Source: Thermoleophilia bacterium (GTDB lineage: Bacteria > Actinomycetota > Thermoleophilia > RBG-16-64-13). Taken from it: DNA of 64,000 nucleotides. Below are positions 30,932-41,318 of the stretch, piece after piece. A model generated the notes under the pieces. It saw nothing but the letters and a program-made list of their open reading frames with translations, did not search any database and was not told where the DNA came from. The DNA lies in contig JAOSKU010000001.1 of assembly GCA_027493445.1 (NCBI GenBank), positions 1,803,936 to 1,867,935 of the forward strand. Reading direction: 5' to 3'. Made by a program: the position numbers and the translations under genes. Position 1 is the stretch's first letter. Each line of letters opens with the position of its first letter.

Positions 30932-31569
30932 TGGTGGAGAGGACCACCCGATTGATCATCGTCGACGACCATGCCGTCGTGCGTCGAGGATTGAGGAGTG
31001 TTCTCGAGAGCTGCCGGGATTTCTCCGTGGTAGGAGAAGCTGCGAACGGCGAGGAGGCCCTGCGGCTTGCTGCGAAACTGCGCCCGGATATCGTCCTTCT
31101 CGACTTGAATCTGCCGGGTAGGAACGGGCTGGAGGTCATTCCGGAACTGCTCACCGGCGCGGACGATCGGCCCGCCGTTTTGGTCCTCACCGTTCACGCG
31201 GATGATGACATCGTGCTGAAAGCCGTCACCGCCGGTGCAAGCGGCTACGTACTGAAACACGCCTCGGCTGAGGAATTGGTGCAGGCGATCCGGCGCGTTG
31301 CTGCCGGGGGCCACTATTTCGACGACATCGTGATGAAGACACTCCTCAGGCAAACGCGCCAGGAGAAAGAGCCCCAACTCCTCACCGAACACGAACTCAG
31401 AGTACTGCAGCTGGTGGCGGAGGGACTGACCAACAAGGAGATCGCGCAGGAGCTCTTCCTGAGCGCGGACACGGTGAAGAGCCACCTCGAGACTATATTC
31501 CGGAAGCTTGGCGTGTCGCATCGGGCACACGCGGTGGCGGTGGCGATGAGGACGGGCATGCTCAAATGA
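30931..31569 (+). CDS. NarL/LuxR-family response regulator
   Basis: IVDDHAVVRRG, LLDLNLP, GYVLK and TNKEIAQELFLS motifs. Confidence 0.95.
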   Translation: MVERTTRLIIVDDHAVVRRGLRSVLESCRDFSVVGEAANGEEALRLAAKLRPDIVLLDLNLPGRNGLEVIPELLTGADDRPAVLVLTVHADDDIVLKAVTAGASGYVLKHASAEELVQAIRRVAAGGHYFDDIVMKTLLRQTRQEKEPQLLTEHELRVLQLVAEGLTNKEIAQELFLSADTVKSHLETIFRKLGVSHRAHAVAVAMRTGMLK

Positions 31570-33191
31570 GCCCGCAGCTGGACTCCAGTCCAGGGGGACC
31601 CTTTCTGGTTCTTCGAGAAACGCCCCGTGTCGATAGGGTCTGGCCGCCGATGGACGCCTTTCTCTACAACGCGATGACGATCAACGCCCCCATAGGGCTC
31701 TCGATCCCGTTTCTGGTCGCGGCGATGGTTCATCCGACCGGAAGCTGGGTCGCGGCCACGATCGTTGCCGCGATCATCTGTGCGACCGAGGGGATCGTCT
31801 ACGCTTTGCTCGTGTCTACCATGCCACGGAGCGGCGGTGAGTACTACTTCCAGAGTCGGATTCTGTCGAGGGGAACCGGTTCGGTGGTCTGTCTCGCTGC
31901 GCTTGTCCTGGGCGGCATGATCTGGGTTGCTGTGGAGGGCTGGTTCGCCGCCTACTTGGCGGTCGGTCCCCTGTTCGTCGTCGCGTCGACCGTGACGCAC
32001 TCCGAGGCTCTCCTGGATGTTGGTGCCTGGCTCCAGAGCCCGTGGGGAGTCCTCCTCCTCTCGATTGCCGTCATCGGCTGGTCGGCATTGGCCAACACCC
32101 TCGGGCTTCGGGTGTACGCTCGGCTGCAGCGCGCCCTTTGGGTGGTGGCGGTTGCGGCGTTGACCACCGTGCTCATCGTTCTCCTGACGTCAAGCGACCT
32201 CTCGCGACTCCCCGTCTACCAAGCGGCGACGATCCAGGCCGCCAACCTTGGATTTCCGGATGCCAATGCCCAGGGATGGCTTGCTCAGACCTTGCTGATC
32301 GTGCCCTTGACGAGCTTCACGCTCGTGTACGCAGCGTGGAGCACCCAGCAGGCAGGAGAGATCAAGAGAGCGTCCGAACCCCGGGTTCAGTTAGTAGTCA
32401 TTCTCGGAGCCATGCTTGCTACGGCAATCGTGTCGGCGGTTCTTGGGGCACTGGTAGTGGATCGTTTTGGCTCGGTCACGCTCGGCGCATCGGCGTTCCT
32501 CTTCTTTCGACACCCGGAGAGCATGCCTCTTCCTGTCATCCCGTTCTTCTGGTTCGTGGTGGCCACTTCGTGGGCCGGCAAGATCTTCGCGATCGTCTTG
32601 ATCGTCCTTTTCAACTCGCTGTTCTGGATGTACGCGCCGAACGCCACTCTTGCGGCATCGCGTGTCATGTTGGCCATGTCGTCAGACCGAGTGCTTCCGC
32701 GCTGGGTCGGGATCTTGCACTTCCGCACCAAGGCGCCCGTGAATGCAATTGCCTCCTTTAGCCTTCTCTGTCTCGTCCCTAGCGTGGTCTTCGCGTTCAG
32801 CAATCAGTGGAGCCTACCTCTCGCCACAGTCGCGATAGTCAACTCTGTCGCATTCGCGCTCACCTGCGCGGCGGGCGCTGCCTTTCCCTACGTCCAAAGG
32901 GAACAGTATCGAGAGTCAATAGCGGCGCGCTATGAGGTGTTGGGAATGCCGCTTGTGACAGTCTGTGGTGCGGCATTCGCGGCGAGTTCCGCTCTCTTGG
33001 TGTTCCTGGACTGGCTTACGTGGAAGCAAGTCGTGGAGCCGTTTCTGGGCGTGGGCCATGGGGTCATGGTTCTGGCGATACTCTCTCTCGTTCTGTATGC
33101 CGGGTCTCTCGTTGCCTACGTCGGCTTCAGCGCCTGGCGGCGGTCGCACGAGGGCGTCGAACTCGAGTTGTGGTATACGGAGACACCGTAG
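31566..33191 (+). CDS. APC-family permease-like membrane protein
   Basis: MPRSGGEYYFQSR, AGEIK, SRVMLAMSSDRVLP and many TM segments; ATGA overlap with the regulator. Confidence 0.8.
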   Translation: MSPQLDSSPGGPFLVLRETPRVDRVWPPMDAFLYNAMTINAPIGLSIPFLVAAMVHPTGSWVAATIVAAIICATEGIVYALLVSTMPRSGGEYYFQSRILSRGTGSVVCLAALVLGGMIWVAVEGWFAAYLAVGPLFVVASTVTHSEALLDVGAWLQSPWGVLLLSIAVIGWSALANTLGLRVYARLQRALWVVAVAALTTVLIVLLTSSDLSRLPVYQAATIQAANLGFPDANAQGWLAQTLLIVPLTSFTLVYAAWSTQQAGEIKRASEPRVQLVVILGAMLATAIVSAVLGALVVDRFGSVTLGASAFLFFRHPESMPLPVIPFFWFVVATSWAGKIFAIVLIVLFNSLFWMYAPNATLAASRVMLAMSSDRVLPRWVGILHFRTKAPVNAIASFSLLCLVPSVVFAFSNQWSLPLATVAIVNSVAFALTCAAGAAFPYVQREQYRESIAARYEVLGMPLVTVCGAAFAASSALLVFLDWLTWKQVVEPFLGVGHGVMVLAILSLVLYAGSLVAYVGFSAWRRSHEGVELELWYTETP

Positions 33192-33194
33192 TAG

Positions 33195-33660
33195 ACGGCC
33201 TCGACCCTGAGTTGCGCGCTCGGCTTGAGGAGGTCTACGGCGACCGGATGGTTCACCTGCAAATGGCTGCTGGCTTGGACGAGCCAACGGCACGGCGCAC
33301 CTAGGTGTCCGATGGGCCACGCCGCACGTGCACGATCGCGGCACCGTATCCTGCATATTCACTTGGTCAAGGAGTACATGGCCCGCAGGGAGGCCCAGGA
33401 CGTGGACGCCACCTCGGCGAGAGCGCTCCTGGGGTTGGCGGACTCCTGGGAGGATGACCGAGATGCCGGCAGGATCGCTCGAGCTATCAGAGCCGCCCGG
33501 CTGAGCTCACACCGGTCACCGGCCCCTGGAGATGTATCTCCCGATACCGACACCATCGTCTACCTGCTCAAAGGCCACCCGGAGGTACGACGGAATCTGG
33601 CCCTCCACCCCGATGACGTGGTGGGCACCAGCGCCATGACCCTCATGGAGAACTACCGGG
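33195..33660 (+). pseudogene. Mosaic of MNT, antitoxin and VapC N-terminal fragments
   Basis: ELRARLEEVYGDRMVHL; LLGLADSWEDDRDA; MYL-DTDTIVYLLKGHP (frameshifted and truncated). Confidence 0.6.
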
Positions 33661-34119
33661 CAGGGACGCCGCGAACTCCGCCGGCGTGAGCGCCTCGCAC
33701 CACGGCGCGACGGCTTCCCGCAGACGTCGATCACCCGTGACCAGAACGGTCTCGGGTAAGGTCGTGAGAAGAGCGAGCACGTGCTCGTCTCCGGGCGCGA
33801 CCGGCCCAACACTCCCCGGCAACGATTCCCCCTCCTTCGCCCAAGGGGGCCCACCTGACGCCGGCGGCTCTCGGAGACTGGCATTTATGACCAGTTCCTC
33901 CAGGATGGCGTCCACGTCGGACTCCGTGAGTTGATGCCTATCTCTGATGGAAGGCCTGAGGAGTACGCGCCGGTACTCGGTGAGCAGCGCCTCAGAAAGC
34001 ACGAAGCGAACGGTCCCCGCCAACATAGCGTCCAAGATACTGCGAGTGGATGACGTGCCGGAACCCGCCAGTACACCGCTCACCACGACGTTCGTGTCAA
34101 AGAGCGTGAGTGGCATCAC
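33643..34119 (-). CDS. PIN-family putative toxin (PIN_3 type)
   Basis: FDTNVVVSG, SEALLTEYRRVL, GDEHVL, LVTGD and TPAEF motifs. Confidence 0.85.
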   Translation of the reverse strand: MMPLTLFDTNVVVSGVLAGSGTSSTRSILDAMLAGTVRFVLSEALLTEYRRVLLRPSIRDRHQLTESDVDAILEELVINASLREPPASGGPPWAKEGESLPGSVGPVAPGDEHVLALLTTLPETVLVTGDRRLREAVAPWCEALTPAEFAASLPGSSP

Positions 34120-34358
34120 GTGCGCTTGGCACGCACCGCCGCGGTCTCGCGCAATGCAAGGTCCATCGCTTCCTCGTCGGTCATGCCGGAGCTGGCGCGC
34201 GCACGCGCCACCAGTTGACGCGCGCTTTCCCGAGAGCGGATGCCGGCCAGCTCGAGGCTCTCATCGACAATCGCTGTGATGGTGGTGCCGCGGCGGGCAG
34301 CAGCCTCCTTCAGCGCCCGTTGCCTCTCCTCGCTCAGCGTGATCGTCATCCTGGGCAT
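34116..34358 (-). CDS. RHH/CopG-type antitoxin
   Basis: MPRMTITLSEERQRALKEAAARRG; GGAGG RBS; coupled to the PIN gene. Confidence 0.8.
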   Translation of the reverse strand: MPRMTITLSEERQRALKEAAARRGTTITAIVDESLELAGIRSRESARQLVARARASSGMTDEEAMDLALRETAAVRAKRT

Positions 34359-34534
34359 GACACCCTCCTCGCACGCCGGTACTCAAGATGGGGCGGTGAC
34401 CGGCGAAATCTGAGTTGTTGATGCCTAAGCATATCGGTGCGTATACATATTAGCACCGCTGTCCAGCAGACGGACAAGTACGCTGACATCAACCGCGATC
34501 ATCGTGAGCCTTGATTGCAGCTGCGATGGCGGCC

Positions 34535-34970
34535 TCAGTCGAAGCGGACGACCTCCAAGCCCAAGCTCAGGGCAGCCGCCGCCATGACCCGGTCGGCAGT
34601 GGCCAGCACCTGGGTTCCGATGGCACGGGCCACGGCCAGGTGAAGGGTGTCGAGGCTGCGCAGTGGAGTCTGCGAGACCAGATCGAAGACCCCCGTTGCG
34701 GCTGCCAAGTGTCCATCCTCCAGCGGGTACCGCCTCAGAAAGCCATCCGTTACGTCCTGCTCCACGACCGCCCACACCCGCCCCCCCGACACTGCTGTTC
34801 AGACTGCCCTCGCGCACCCGGCGAGCGAGCAGCGACCGCATCTCGAGCAGGGTCAGGCTGCTGACAGCCACCGGTCCGACCTGCCGCAGGTAGGCCTCCA
34901 CGTCCTCGGAGCGCGCTTCGTTCAGGTACCACTTGGCCAGGGCGCTGGTATCCATGTAGACGGTGGTCAT
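34535..34970 (-). CDS. vapC: VapC PIN toxin, frameshift in a long C-run at ~34785
   Basis: VYMDTSALAKWY in one frame; LRSLDTLHLA and TADRVM in another. Confidence 0.85.
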
Positions 34971-35019
34971 GGCCGGCCCGCGGCCGGGATCGAGGCAGCA
35001 GCCGCGGCCACCCTGGGTC

Positions 35020-35247
35020 TCACCCGTTGTCGCGGTCCTCGCGGATGAGGTTCTCACTAGGGACCTCGAGCCGTCTCATGGTCGAGCGTAGGTCTGCGTG
35101 AGAGGGCATGGGCCGCGTCCTCTCGAAGGGGACCATCCGGGCTATGGGGCGACCCCGCCGGGTGATGACCAGCTCGCCTTCACGCTGCACCAGTTCTTCA
35201 AGGCCCGGCAGTGCTCCCCGCATCTCTCGAATCGACACCCTGCGCAC
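35020..35247 (-). CDS. Phd/YefM-family antitoxin
   Basis: VSIREMR...ELVITRRGRPIARMVP...LIREDRD; GGAGGTG RBS. Confidence 0.85.
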   Translation of the reverse strand: MRRVSIREMRGALPGLEELVQREGELVITRRGRPIARMVPFERTRPMPSHADLRSTMRRLEVPSENLIREDRDNG

Positions 35248-35489
35248 CGCCTCACCTCCGCGGTTGCCCTGTGACACATTTCGATTCGATTGTAGCACTT
35301 CCACCCTTCGGCTCTCGCGCAGAAGCCTCTTTCCCATCCCACGGCAAGGCTTCAACGTGCCCAGCAGCGGCCATACACCCTTGGTAGGACGCTGGGGCGG
35401 CCAGCGGATTGAGCTTGTTCAACGAAGAGGACGAACCGCCAGCTGCGACGGGCGCGCGATGAGGACCGGCCAAGCCGACGCTGGCCGTG

Positions 35490-35860
35490 GGGATCGCCTC
35501 ACGGTCGGAAGTTGCGAGGGGGATGTCGGCCAACGTCTTCATGGGTGCAGACTACCACGCGTCTCGCCATGATGCGGTCTCCTCATGATCTGCGCACATG
35601 GCGTAGTACAACCGGGCTCGCCCGGCCCGTGGATGCCGCGGGCCGGCGTCGCCGGAGGGCCTCATTAGAAGCGGACGACCTGGAGGCCCAAGCTTAGGCA
35701 GCTTGCGGCCAGGACCCGGTCGGCAGTGGCCAGCACCTAGGTTCCGATGGCACGGGCCACGACCAGGTGAAGGGCATCGAGGCTGCACAACGGAGCCTGC
35801 GGGACCAGATCGAAGACCCCCGTCGTGGCTGGCAGGTGTCCATCCTCCAGCGGGTGCCCG
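35490..35860 (-). pseudogene. Mosaic: MNT 5' fragment, HEPN fragment and a second copy of the vapC 3' end
   Basis: MKTLADIPLATSDREAI; RLYYAM; 35665-35858 aligns to 34535-34730. Confidence 0.7.
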
Positions 35861-35866
35861 TCACAA

Positions 35867-36060
35867 TCACTTGAGCATCTTGATGATGTGCTTCGCCAGT
35901 GTGCCTTGATGTCTCGGTGTCTGGGCACGGGTTGGCTCACTTTGCTTGCGGGGTTCTGATACCAGTCATGATTGGACGCACGGAATCTCGCCCGAGGTGA
36001 GCTCCCGGTAGATGTCCAGCAGATTCTCTTTGAGTTCCTCCACGGTTGTGCCCTGCGTCC
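35867..36060 (-). pseudogene. hicB-hicA remnant with internal deletion
   Basis: TQGTTVEELKENLLDIYREL (HicB) joined to NHDWYQNP...QPVPRHRDIK-HLAKHIIKML (HicA). Confidence 0.72.
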
Positions 36061-36272
36061 TCCGAGCAGCAGGACGATGCTGCGCGGTGGCCCGGCGGAA
36101 GCAGACCCAAGCCGTCGAAGAAGATCATGTTCAGCTCGCAGTATGCGAGACGACGCATAGGCTCCTAAGCTAAGCACGAGATCACAGATGTGGTTCCCGC
36201 CTGGCTGTGCTGGTGGGGGTTGGCGCCGATACCCCACGCCGGCACTCGCGGGCGGAGGTCCGTCGTGTCGGC

Positions 36273-36668
36273 TCACACTGCGCCGTCAGCAGGATCGGTG
36301 CGCGGTGACTCGAGGCGGCGCCGTACTGCGTCAACAAACGCCATGGCCTGCTCGACCGCCCACCTCGCATTGTCGAGGGTCACTTCATCGCCGGTATAGT
36401 CGGCGACCAGGCGGATCTCGGCGGCACGGTTCAGAGTCCTGCCGAGTTCGACAGGCAACAGTCCGGTCTTCACCACGCGCAGGCTGAAGGCGGAGATCAA
36501 GCCGCTGTGAGTCTTCGCCCCGGTCGCATCAACTGGTGCGCCCGACCAAATCAGCGCAGCCCCGGCGGCGTCGAACATGGCGTAGTACGCGCTGTTGCAG
36601 GCTCCGTCCACATCCCTCGCATCTAGAAGCAGCTTGGCGGACGAAGTGGCTCTCGACACCTTGTCCAT
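36273..36668 (-). CDS. HEPN-domain protein
   Basis: AYYAMF, KTHSGLISAF and RLVADY motifs; start may be ~36686. Confidence 0.85.
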   Translation of the reverse strand: MDKVSRATSSAKLLLDARDVDGACNSAYYAMFDAAGAALIWSGAPVDATGAKTHSGLISAFSLRVVKTGLLPVELGRTLNRAAEIRLVADYTGDEVTLDNARWAVEQAMAFVDAVRRRLESPRTDPADGAV

Positions 36669-36682
36669 GAGGTCCGAAGGAT

Positions 36683-37066
36683 TCAGAGCCTGACTCCATC
36701 GCGATCGATGTTGCGCAGTAGCTCCGGGTTCGGGGAGCGTTCGGGATGCTCCCACTCCTCGTCCCAGATGGGGAGCGGTTGGATCAAGATGCCCGTCTCC
36801 AGAAGGACTTCGTAGGCGATGTCTGCCAACGCGAGCTTGGTGTCGAGAAAGTTGCCCCGAGGCCCTCGCAACAGAACCGCGATGTCCACGTCGCTGTCGG
36901 GCCGATGATCACCTCGCGCCTGGCTGCCGAAAAGGAGGGCGCCCACAAGATCGTACTGCTGCGCCGCCTTCGCGAGAAAGGCGCGGGCTGCCCGCTCAGT
37001 ATCGGCGTTGATTGTGGTCGCCTGCACGCTGGTCTCGCTATCGCGCTGATTGGTGATCGATTCCAT
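36683..37066 (-). CDS. Nucleotidyltransferase (MNT) partner of the HEPN gene
   Basis: LFGSQARGDHRPDSDVDIAV and LLRNIDRDGV motifs. Confidence 0.88.
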   Translation of the reverse strand: MESITNQRDSETSVQATTINADTERAARAFLAKAAQQYDLVGALLFGSQARGDHRPDSDVDIAVLLRGPRGNFLDTKLALADIAYEVLLETGILIQPLPIWDEEWEHPERSPNPELLRNIDRDGVRL

Positions 37067-37408
37067 GACACCCCTATCTTCGAGAGACCAGGCGGCGGAG
37101 AAGAATGCGATCTCGCAGCCGAAGAGCGGGTGAGCACCACCTTTACCACCCTCACCAGGACGAATCCGGCCGCCAAGGCCATGGCGGCGGGAGGCGGCCG
37201 GGGAGCTACGCGAGCGGCACCAGGGCGAGGCGGTTTGAACGAAGTCCCGGCCTCAGCGACATCGGCGGCCACCAGCCCTTCAAAGCCGATAGCACGCCCG
37301 ACAAGTCGATCGGGTAGGCAGACAGCCGCACCTGCGCTTGGTTCGCGGCATGCGCAACCTACATCACGTGCGCTAAGATGGCTATGATAATAGCCATCTT
37401 CGAGGGAG

Positions 37409-37693
37409 ATGATCGTGGGTCGCGAGTACTCCATAGCCGAAGCGCGCAACCATCTCTCCCAGGTGGTCAGATTGGCGGAGCACGAGGGAGCAGTAGAGCT
37501 TACCCGCCGGGGAAAGCCGGTGGCGGTTGTGGTCTCGCGTGACGAGTTCCTGCGCCTGCAGACCCCCGCCGGTGAACCGTTCGGCTTCCTGGACAGGTTC
37601 CGCGACGAGCACGACGTCGACCACTGCGGTCTCGAACCCGATGACATGGCTGGACTCAGAGACCCCCACCCCGGCCGGACCGTCGCGCTGTGA
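37409..37693 (+). CDS. Phd/YefM-family antitoxin
   Basis: YSIAEARNHLSQVV and VELTRRGKPVAVVVS motifs. Confidence 0.88.
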   Translation: MIVGREYSIAEARNHLSQVVRLAEHEGAVELTRRGKPVAVVVSRDEFLRLQTPAGEPFGFLDRFRDEHDVDHCGLEPDDMAGLRDPHPGRTVAL

Positions 37694-38121
37694 GGCCCTA
37701 CTTCCTTCTCGACACCTGCATCCTGTCCGAACCTGTCATGCGCCGGCCGAACGCGGACGTGATGGCGCGTATCCTCGAGCACCGGCACGAGGTGGCCACT
37801 GCAGTACCCGCCTGGCACGAGATCACCTACGGCTGCCGCCGCCTACCTCCGTCGCGGAAACGCACCCTCATCGAGGACTACCTGGCTGCGACCGCGTCAT
37901 CTGGGCTCCCAATACTGCCCTACGACACCGCCGCCGCCACCTGGCATGCGGCTGAACGCGCCCGCCTCGAACGTGCCGGCGCCCTTCCCTCCTTCGTCGA
38001 TGGCCAGATCGCGGCCGTGGCCCACAGCAACGATCTCGTGCTCGTCACACGCAACGTGACCGATTTCCAGAAGTTCGCCGGCCTCCGCGTGGAGAACTGG
38101 TTCGAGCCTTCAGAGAGCTGA
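37690..38121 (+). CDS. vapC: VapC PIN toxin
   Basis: FLLDTCILSE, DGQIAAVA, LVTRNVTDF and VENW motifs. Confidence 0.9.
   Translation: MRPYFLLDTCILSEPVMRRPNADVMARILEHRHEVATAVPAWHEITYGCRRLPPSRKRTLIEDYLAATASSGLPILPYDTAAATWHAAERARLERAGALPSFVDGQIAAVAHSNDLVLVTRNVTDFQKFAGLRVENWFEPSES
37701..37985 (+). repeat. 285-bp direct repeat, copy 1 (copy 2 at 40831-41115)
   Basis: Identical by eye from cttccttctcgacacc to cgtgccggcgccct. Confidence 0.9.
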
Positions 38122-38260
38122 GCGCTTCGAAGGCCCCGGTTCACACGGCGCCCAATCGCCGACACGCGGTATTCATCTGTACTCTGAGTCCTCCCGATGG
38201 AGAGAAGCGCCCGCTCATGATGCAGCCCATGCTGCAGCGGGGCCGACCTCGGGGGCGGGG

Positions 38261-38900
38261 AGCTACGAGAGCGGCACCACGGCGAGGTCGGTTTGAGCGA
38301 AGTCCCGTCCCGGGCAGAGCAAGTGCTGGTCGGCCAGTTTGGCTACGGCGTAGCTCATGCAGTCCCGTAGTTCGGGGCCGCAGGATGCCGGACCCTGCCG
38401 AAGCGCAGGAACGCCTCCGTCGCTTCGTCCCAATGGGCGGCAGCGAAGGGCACCACTGCGATCTCGTACTCCTGAAGGAATCGAGCGAGCTTGGGGCGCG
38501 CGTCGCGATCGAAGCGGGCCGACAGCACGAGCGCGGCCTCGGTCAACGTGGGCGCCCCCACAGCCAAGGGCTCATCGCGATCGATGCGACCCTTCGTGCG
38601 CACCGTGCGGCAGATGGTGTGGGAGGACCAGGTCCTAGGAGGCCGTTGAAGAACGAAGCCCCGGCCGCCCTTCCGGCGCACGACGAGATCGACTTCGCGG
38701 TCGAGCACCTGCAGCAGAAGGAGGAGCTTGTCCACGGACCTACGGCAGTTGGTCGGGTCGAGCAGCCGGTAGAGCTGCGCGGGAGACGTCCCCAGCCGCC
38801 GAATTATCTCCCGCTTCGAGAGCGGACTCTCCGCGACGGCCCTCTCGGCCTCGAGGGCCAGGCGGTAGAGAAGGAAATCGCGTAGGTACGGGATCCGGAC
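38261..38900 (-). pseudogene. HTH-protein C-terminal fragment joined to a partial third copy of the 18022/43077 vapC
   Basis: LSKREIIRRLGTSPAQLYRLLDP; EPLAVGAPTLTEA...FLRFG. Confidence 0.72.
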
Positions 38901-38971
38901 GCGAGCCCATACCATCATGGAGCAGCCCACGTGCGTGGGCATCGAGCGAGGTTGGGGCGGAAGGAGCCTGC

Positions 38972-39908
38972 TCAGGTTCCTCTAGCTTCCAATCGCTGTC
39001 GCAAGTTCTGCACTTTCCAGGCCATGACGGGGTCCATGGATGCCCGCTCGAGCACACCCGGATACTCGGCCAGCAGTAGCACGGGGCGATACACCGCGTC
39101 CTCACCGAGCAAGCGCATGAACTCCCGTTCGGCCTCGGAACTCGAGCTCAATGGAGAGAGCCACCGCGCCACCGCCTCAAGCATGACCACGTGGCTGGGC
39201 GCCTCATCAGCTCGAAGCATCGCGAACAAAGGGTCAATGAATTCAGGTGCCGGATGGCGGAAGCGTTCCAGCGCGACCACCGGGTCTGTCACGAACGGGA
39301 ACGGGTCCGATGTGCAGATCGCTCGGACCGCGAGCGCCCGAGCAAGCGGGTCCTCCAAGAAGTCCAACACTGTGACGGCCAGCCGGTAAAGGTCGTACAG
39401 GTCCCGCGCGGCCAGGCGCTCCATCATGGCCTTGATCTTTCCGGCCACGAGTTCTGGCAGCCGCAGCGCCGGAAATGAGATCGGCGGGTCCGCGAATTCA
39501 CATGTCCGGTTTTCCGGCTCCAACAAGGGCACGCGGGCAAGGTAGCTGACGTCCACCTTCACGTGGCTACCCGGGTACTTCACGCGGTAGGTCTGACCGC
39601 TGTGCTCGTCGTTCGTACTCTGGACAAGATACCCGAGTGCTCCCACAACATCGCGGCATATCCACCTCCGCCCGCATGGAGCGCATGCCTTTCGCATCGG
39701 CGGCGCCCACGAACATGAGGTCGATGTCGACCGATAGCCTTGGCGCACGATCATGAAAGACGTTGAGCGCCGTCCCGCCGTGTAGAACAAAGACATTGCC
39801 CAACATCGGGTCCTCCCTGAGCGCCGAGAGTACCTCGAGCAGGCGCTCGACTTTGTCAACAACAATGGGGGCGAATCCGATCGGTAGAGTGAGAATGGGC
39901 CGGGTCAT
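38972..39908 (-). CDS. AbiEii/AbiGii nucleotidyltransferase toxin, frameshift at ~39660
   Basis: VLHGGTALN, RLSVDIDL, KVDVSY, GKIKAM and RDLYD motifs. Confidence 0.85.
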
Positions 39909-40714
39909 CCTCGAGTCCACTCGCGATACGGTAGATCGGCCGGAACGTAGAGACGCCAACGGGCAACGAATTCCCGTTTGGACTCGCCAATGGCGGGAAG
40001 GAGCCGATAGGTCCCCCTGCCGAGCAAATCGCGCATCTCCTCGAGCACGGATGTGTCGACGCGCCAACTGTCGGCGAACATCTCGAGTGTCCAGCCGGCG
40101 CGGGCAGCCAGCGTCGGAGAGCCCAGCAGTCGCGCGTAGGCCGCGACTCGCTCGGGCGACATCGATGTGAACCCGCCGACACTGCGTAGCAGTTCTTCGA
40201 GCCCTCCGGCAAGACTCGGGTCGCGAAGGCAGTCGACGAGCGTGCGCTCCTTGGTGCTCACCGGCACTATCGCCTGCCCCGCTCTTATGCGTGTCACGAA
40301 CCCGCTCAACGTAGCTGAAGATCCCGGCACCAGAGGCGGCGCTACGCGACGGAACCGATAGCCGCGTACCTCGAAGTCACGTATCTTGGTGACAGAGGTG
40401 AAATACACGGTCCGCAGGGGCGAATGCGCAACGCCGTGCGCCTCGAGGGCTGTGTGGTGAGTAAGGACGGCATCTTTGGCAGCCTTCGCGGCTACCAGGT
40501 AGACATTGGGGACCCGATCGCGATACACGCCAATATTCGATGCATACAGACCCCGCCTCACTCGATAGGCCGAACCCCGCGCCACAGCGTTTTGCAGGTT
40601 TGCATAGCGAGTGCGTTCTGATACCGTCGGATCGACGCTAGCCACGTACTCCTCGAGGGTGAACACTTCATGGTCCTCGAGGAAACGGAGCGTCGCCGAG
40701 GCCTTGGTGTTCAT
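39905..40714 (-). CDS. AbiEi-type antitoxin
   Basis: RVRRGLY, HHTALEAHG, ERTLVDCL and LAGGLEE motifs; ATGA coupling. Confidence 0.85.
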   Translation of the reverse strand: MNTKASATLRFLEDHEVFTLEEYVASVDPTVSERTRYANLQNAVARGSAYRVRRGLYASNIGVYRDRVPNVYLVAAKAAKDAVLTHHTALEAHGVAHSPLRTVYFTSVTKIRDFEVRGYRFRRVAPPLVPGSSATLSGFVTRIRAGQAIVPVSTKERTLVDCLRDPSLAGGLEELLRSVGGFTSMSPERVAAYARLLGSPTLAARAGWTLEMFADSWRVDTSVLEEMRDLLGRGTYRLLPAIGESKREFVARWRLYVPADLPYREWTRG

Positions 40715-40830
40715 AGCGCGGTTATAATACGTATATTCTTGTGCATTACGTGCCCATCATAACACCAGAACAGCCAACAAGCGAGATTGCTCCTCCGGCC
40801 CTCTCGTTTCATGACTACCAAGGCGCCCCT

Positions 40831-41115
40831 CTTCCTTCTCGACACCTGCATCCTGTCCGAACCTGTCATGCGCCGGCCGAACGCGGACGTGATGGCGCGT
40901 ATCCTCGAGCACCGGCACGAGGTGGCCACTGCAGTACCCGCCTGGCACGAGATCACCTACGGCTGCCGCCGCCTACCTCCGTCGCGGAAACGCACCCTCA
41001 TCGAGGACTACCTGGCTGCGACCGCGTCATCTGGGCTCCCAATACTGCCCTACGACACCGCCGCCGCCACCTGGCATGCGGCTGAACGCGCCCGCCTCGA
41101 ACGTGCCGGCGCCCT
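40831..41115 (+). pseudogene. Truncated duplicate of vapC 37690-38121
   Basis: Identical internal 285 bp; lacks the native start and C-terminus. Confidence 0.85.
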
Positions 41116-41318
41116 CACCACCCACGCCGCGCCCAGGGCGGTTTGCTTGTAGCGCACCTTGACGTCGCACCAAGTGGGGAAGCAGACGAGTTCCCGATAT
41201 CGCCAAAGCTCGGTGAGACGAAGTGAAACTCACCCCCGAGACGGCTGGATGTGGCGCGGGCGCTCGGGTAGGAGGTCGGCCGGCACCGCAAGATCGGGCG
41301 AAGACCGGCCCGGCGCGG

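Noticed and set aside
40787-41152. 121-aa ORF as an independent VapC
   Set aside because: It is a truncated duplicate lacking the C-terminal catalytic residues and an antitoxin.
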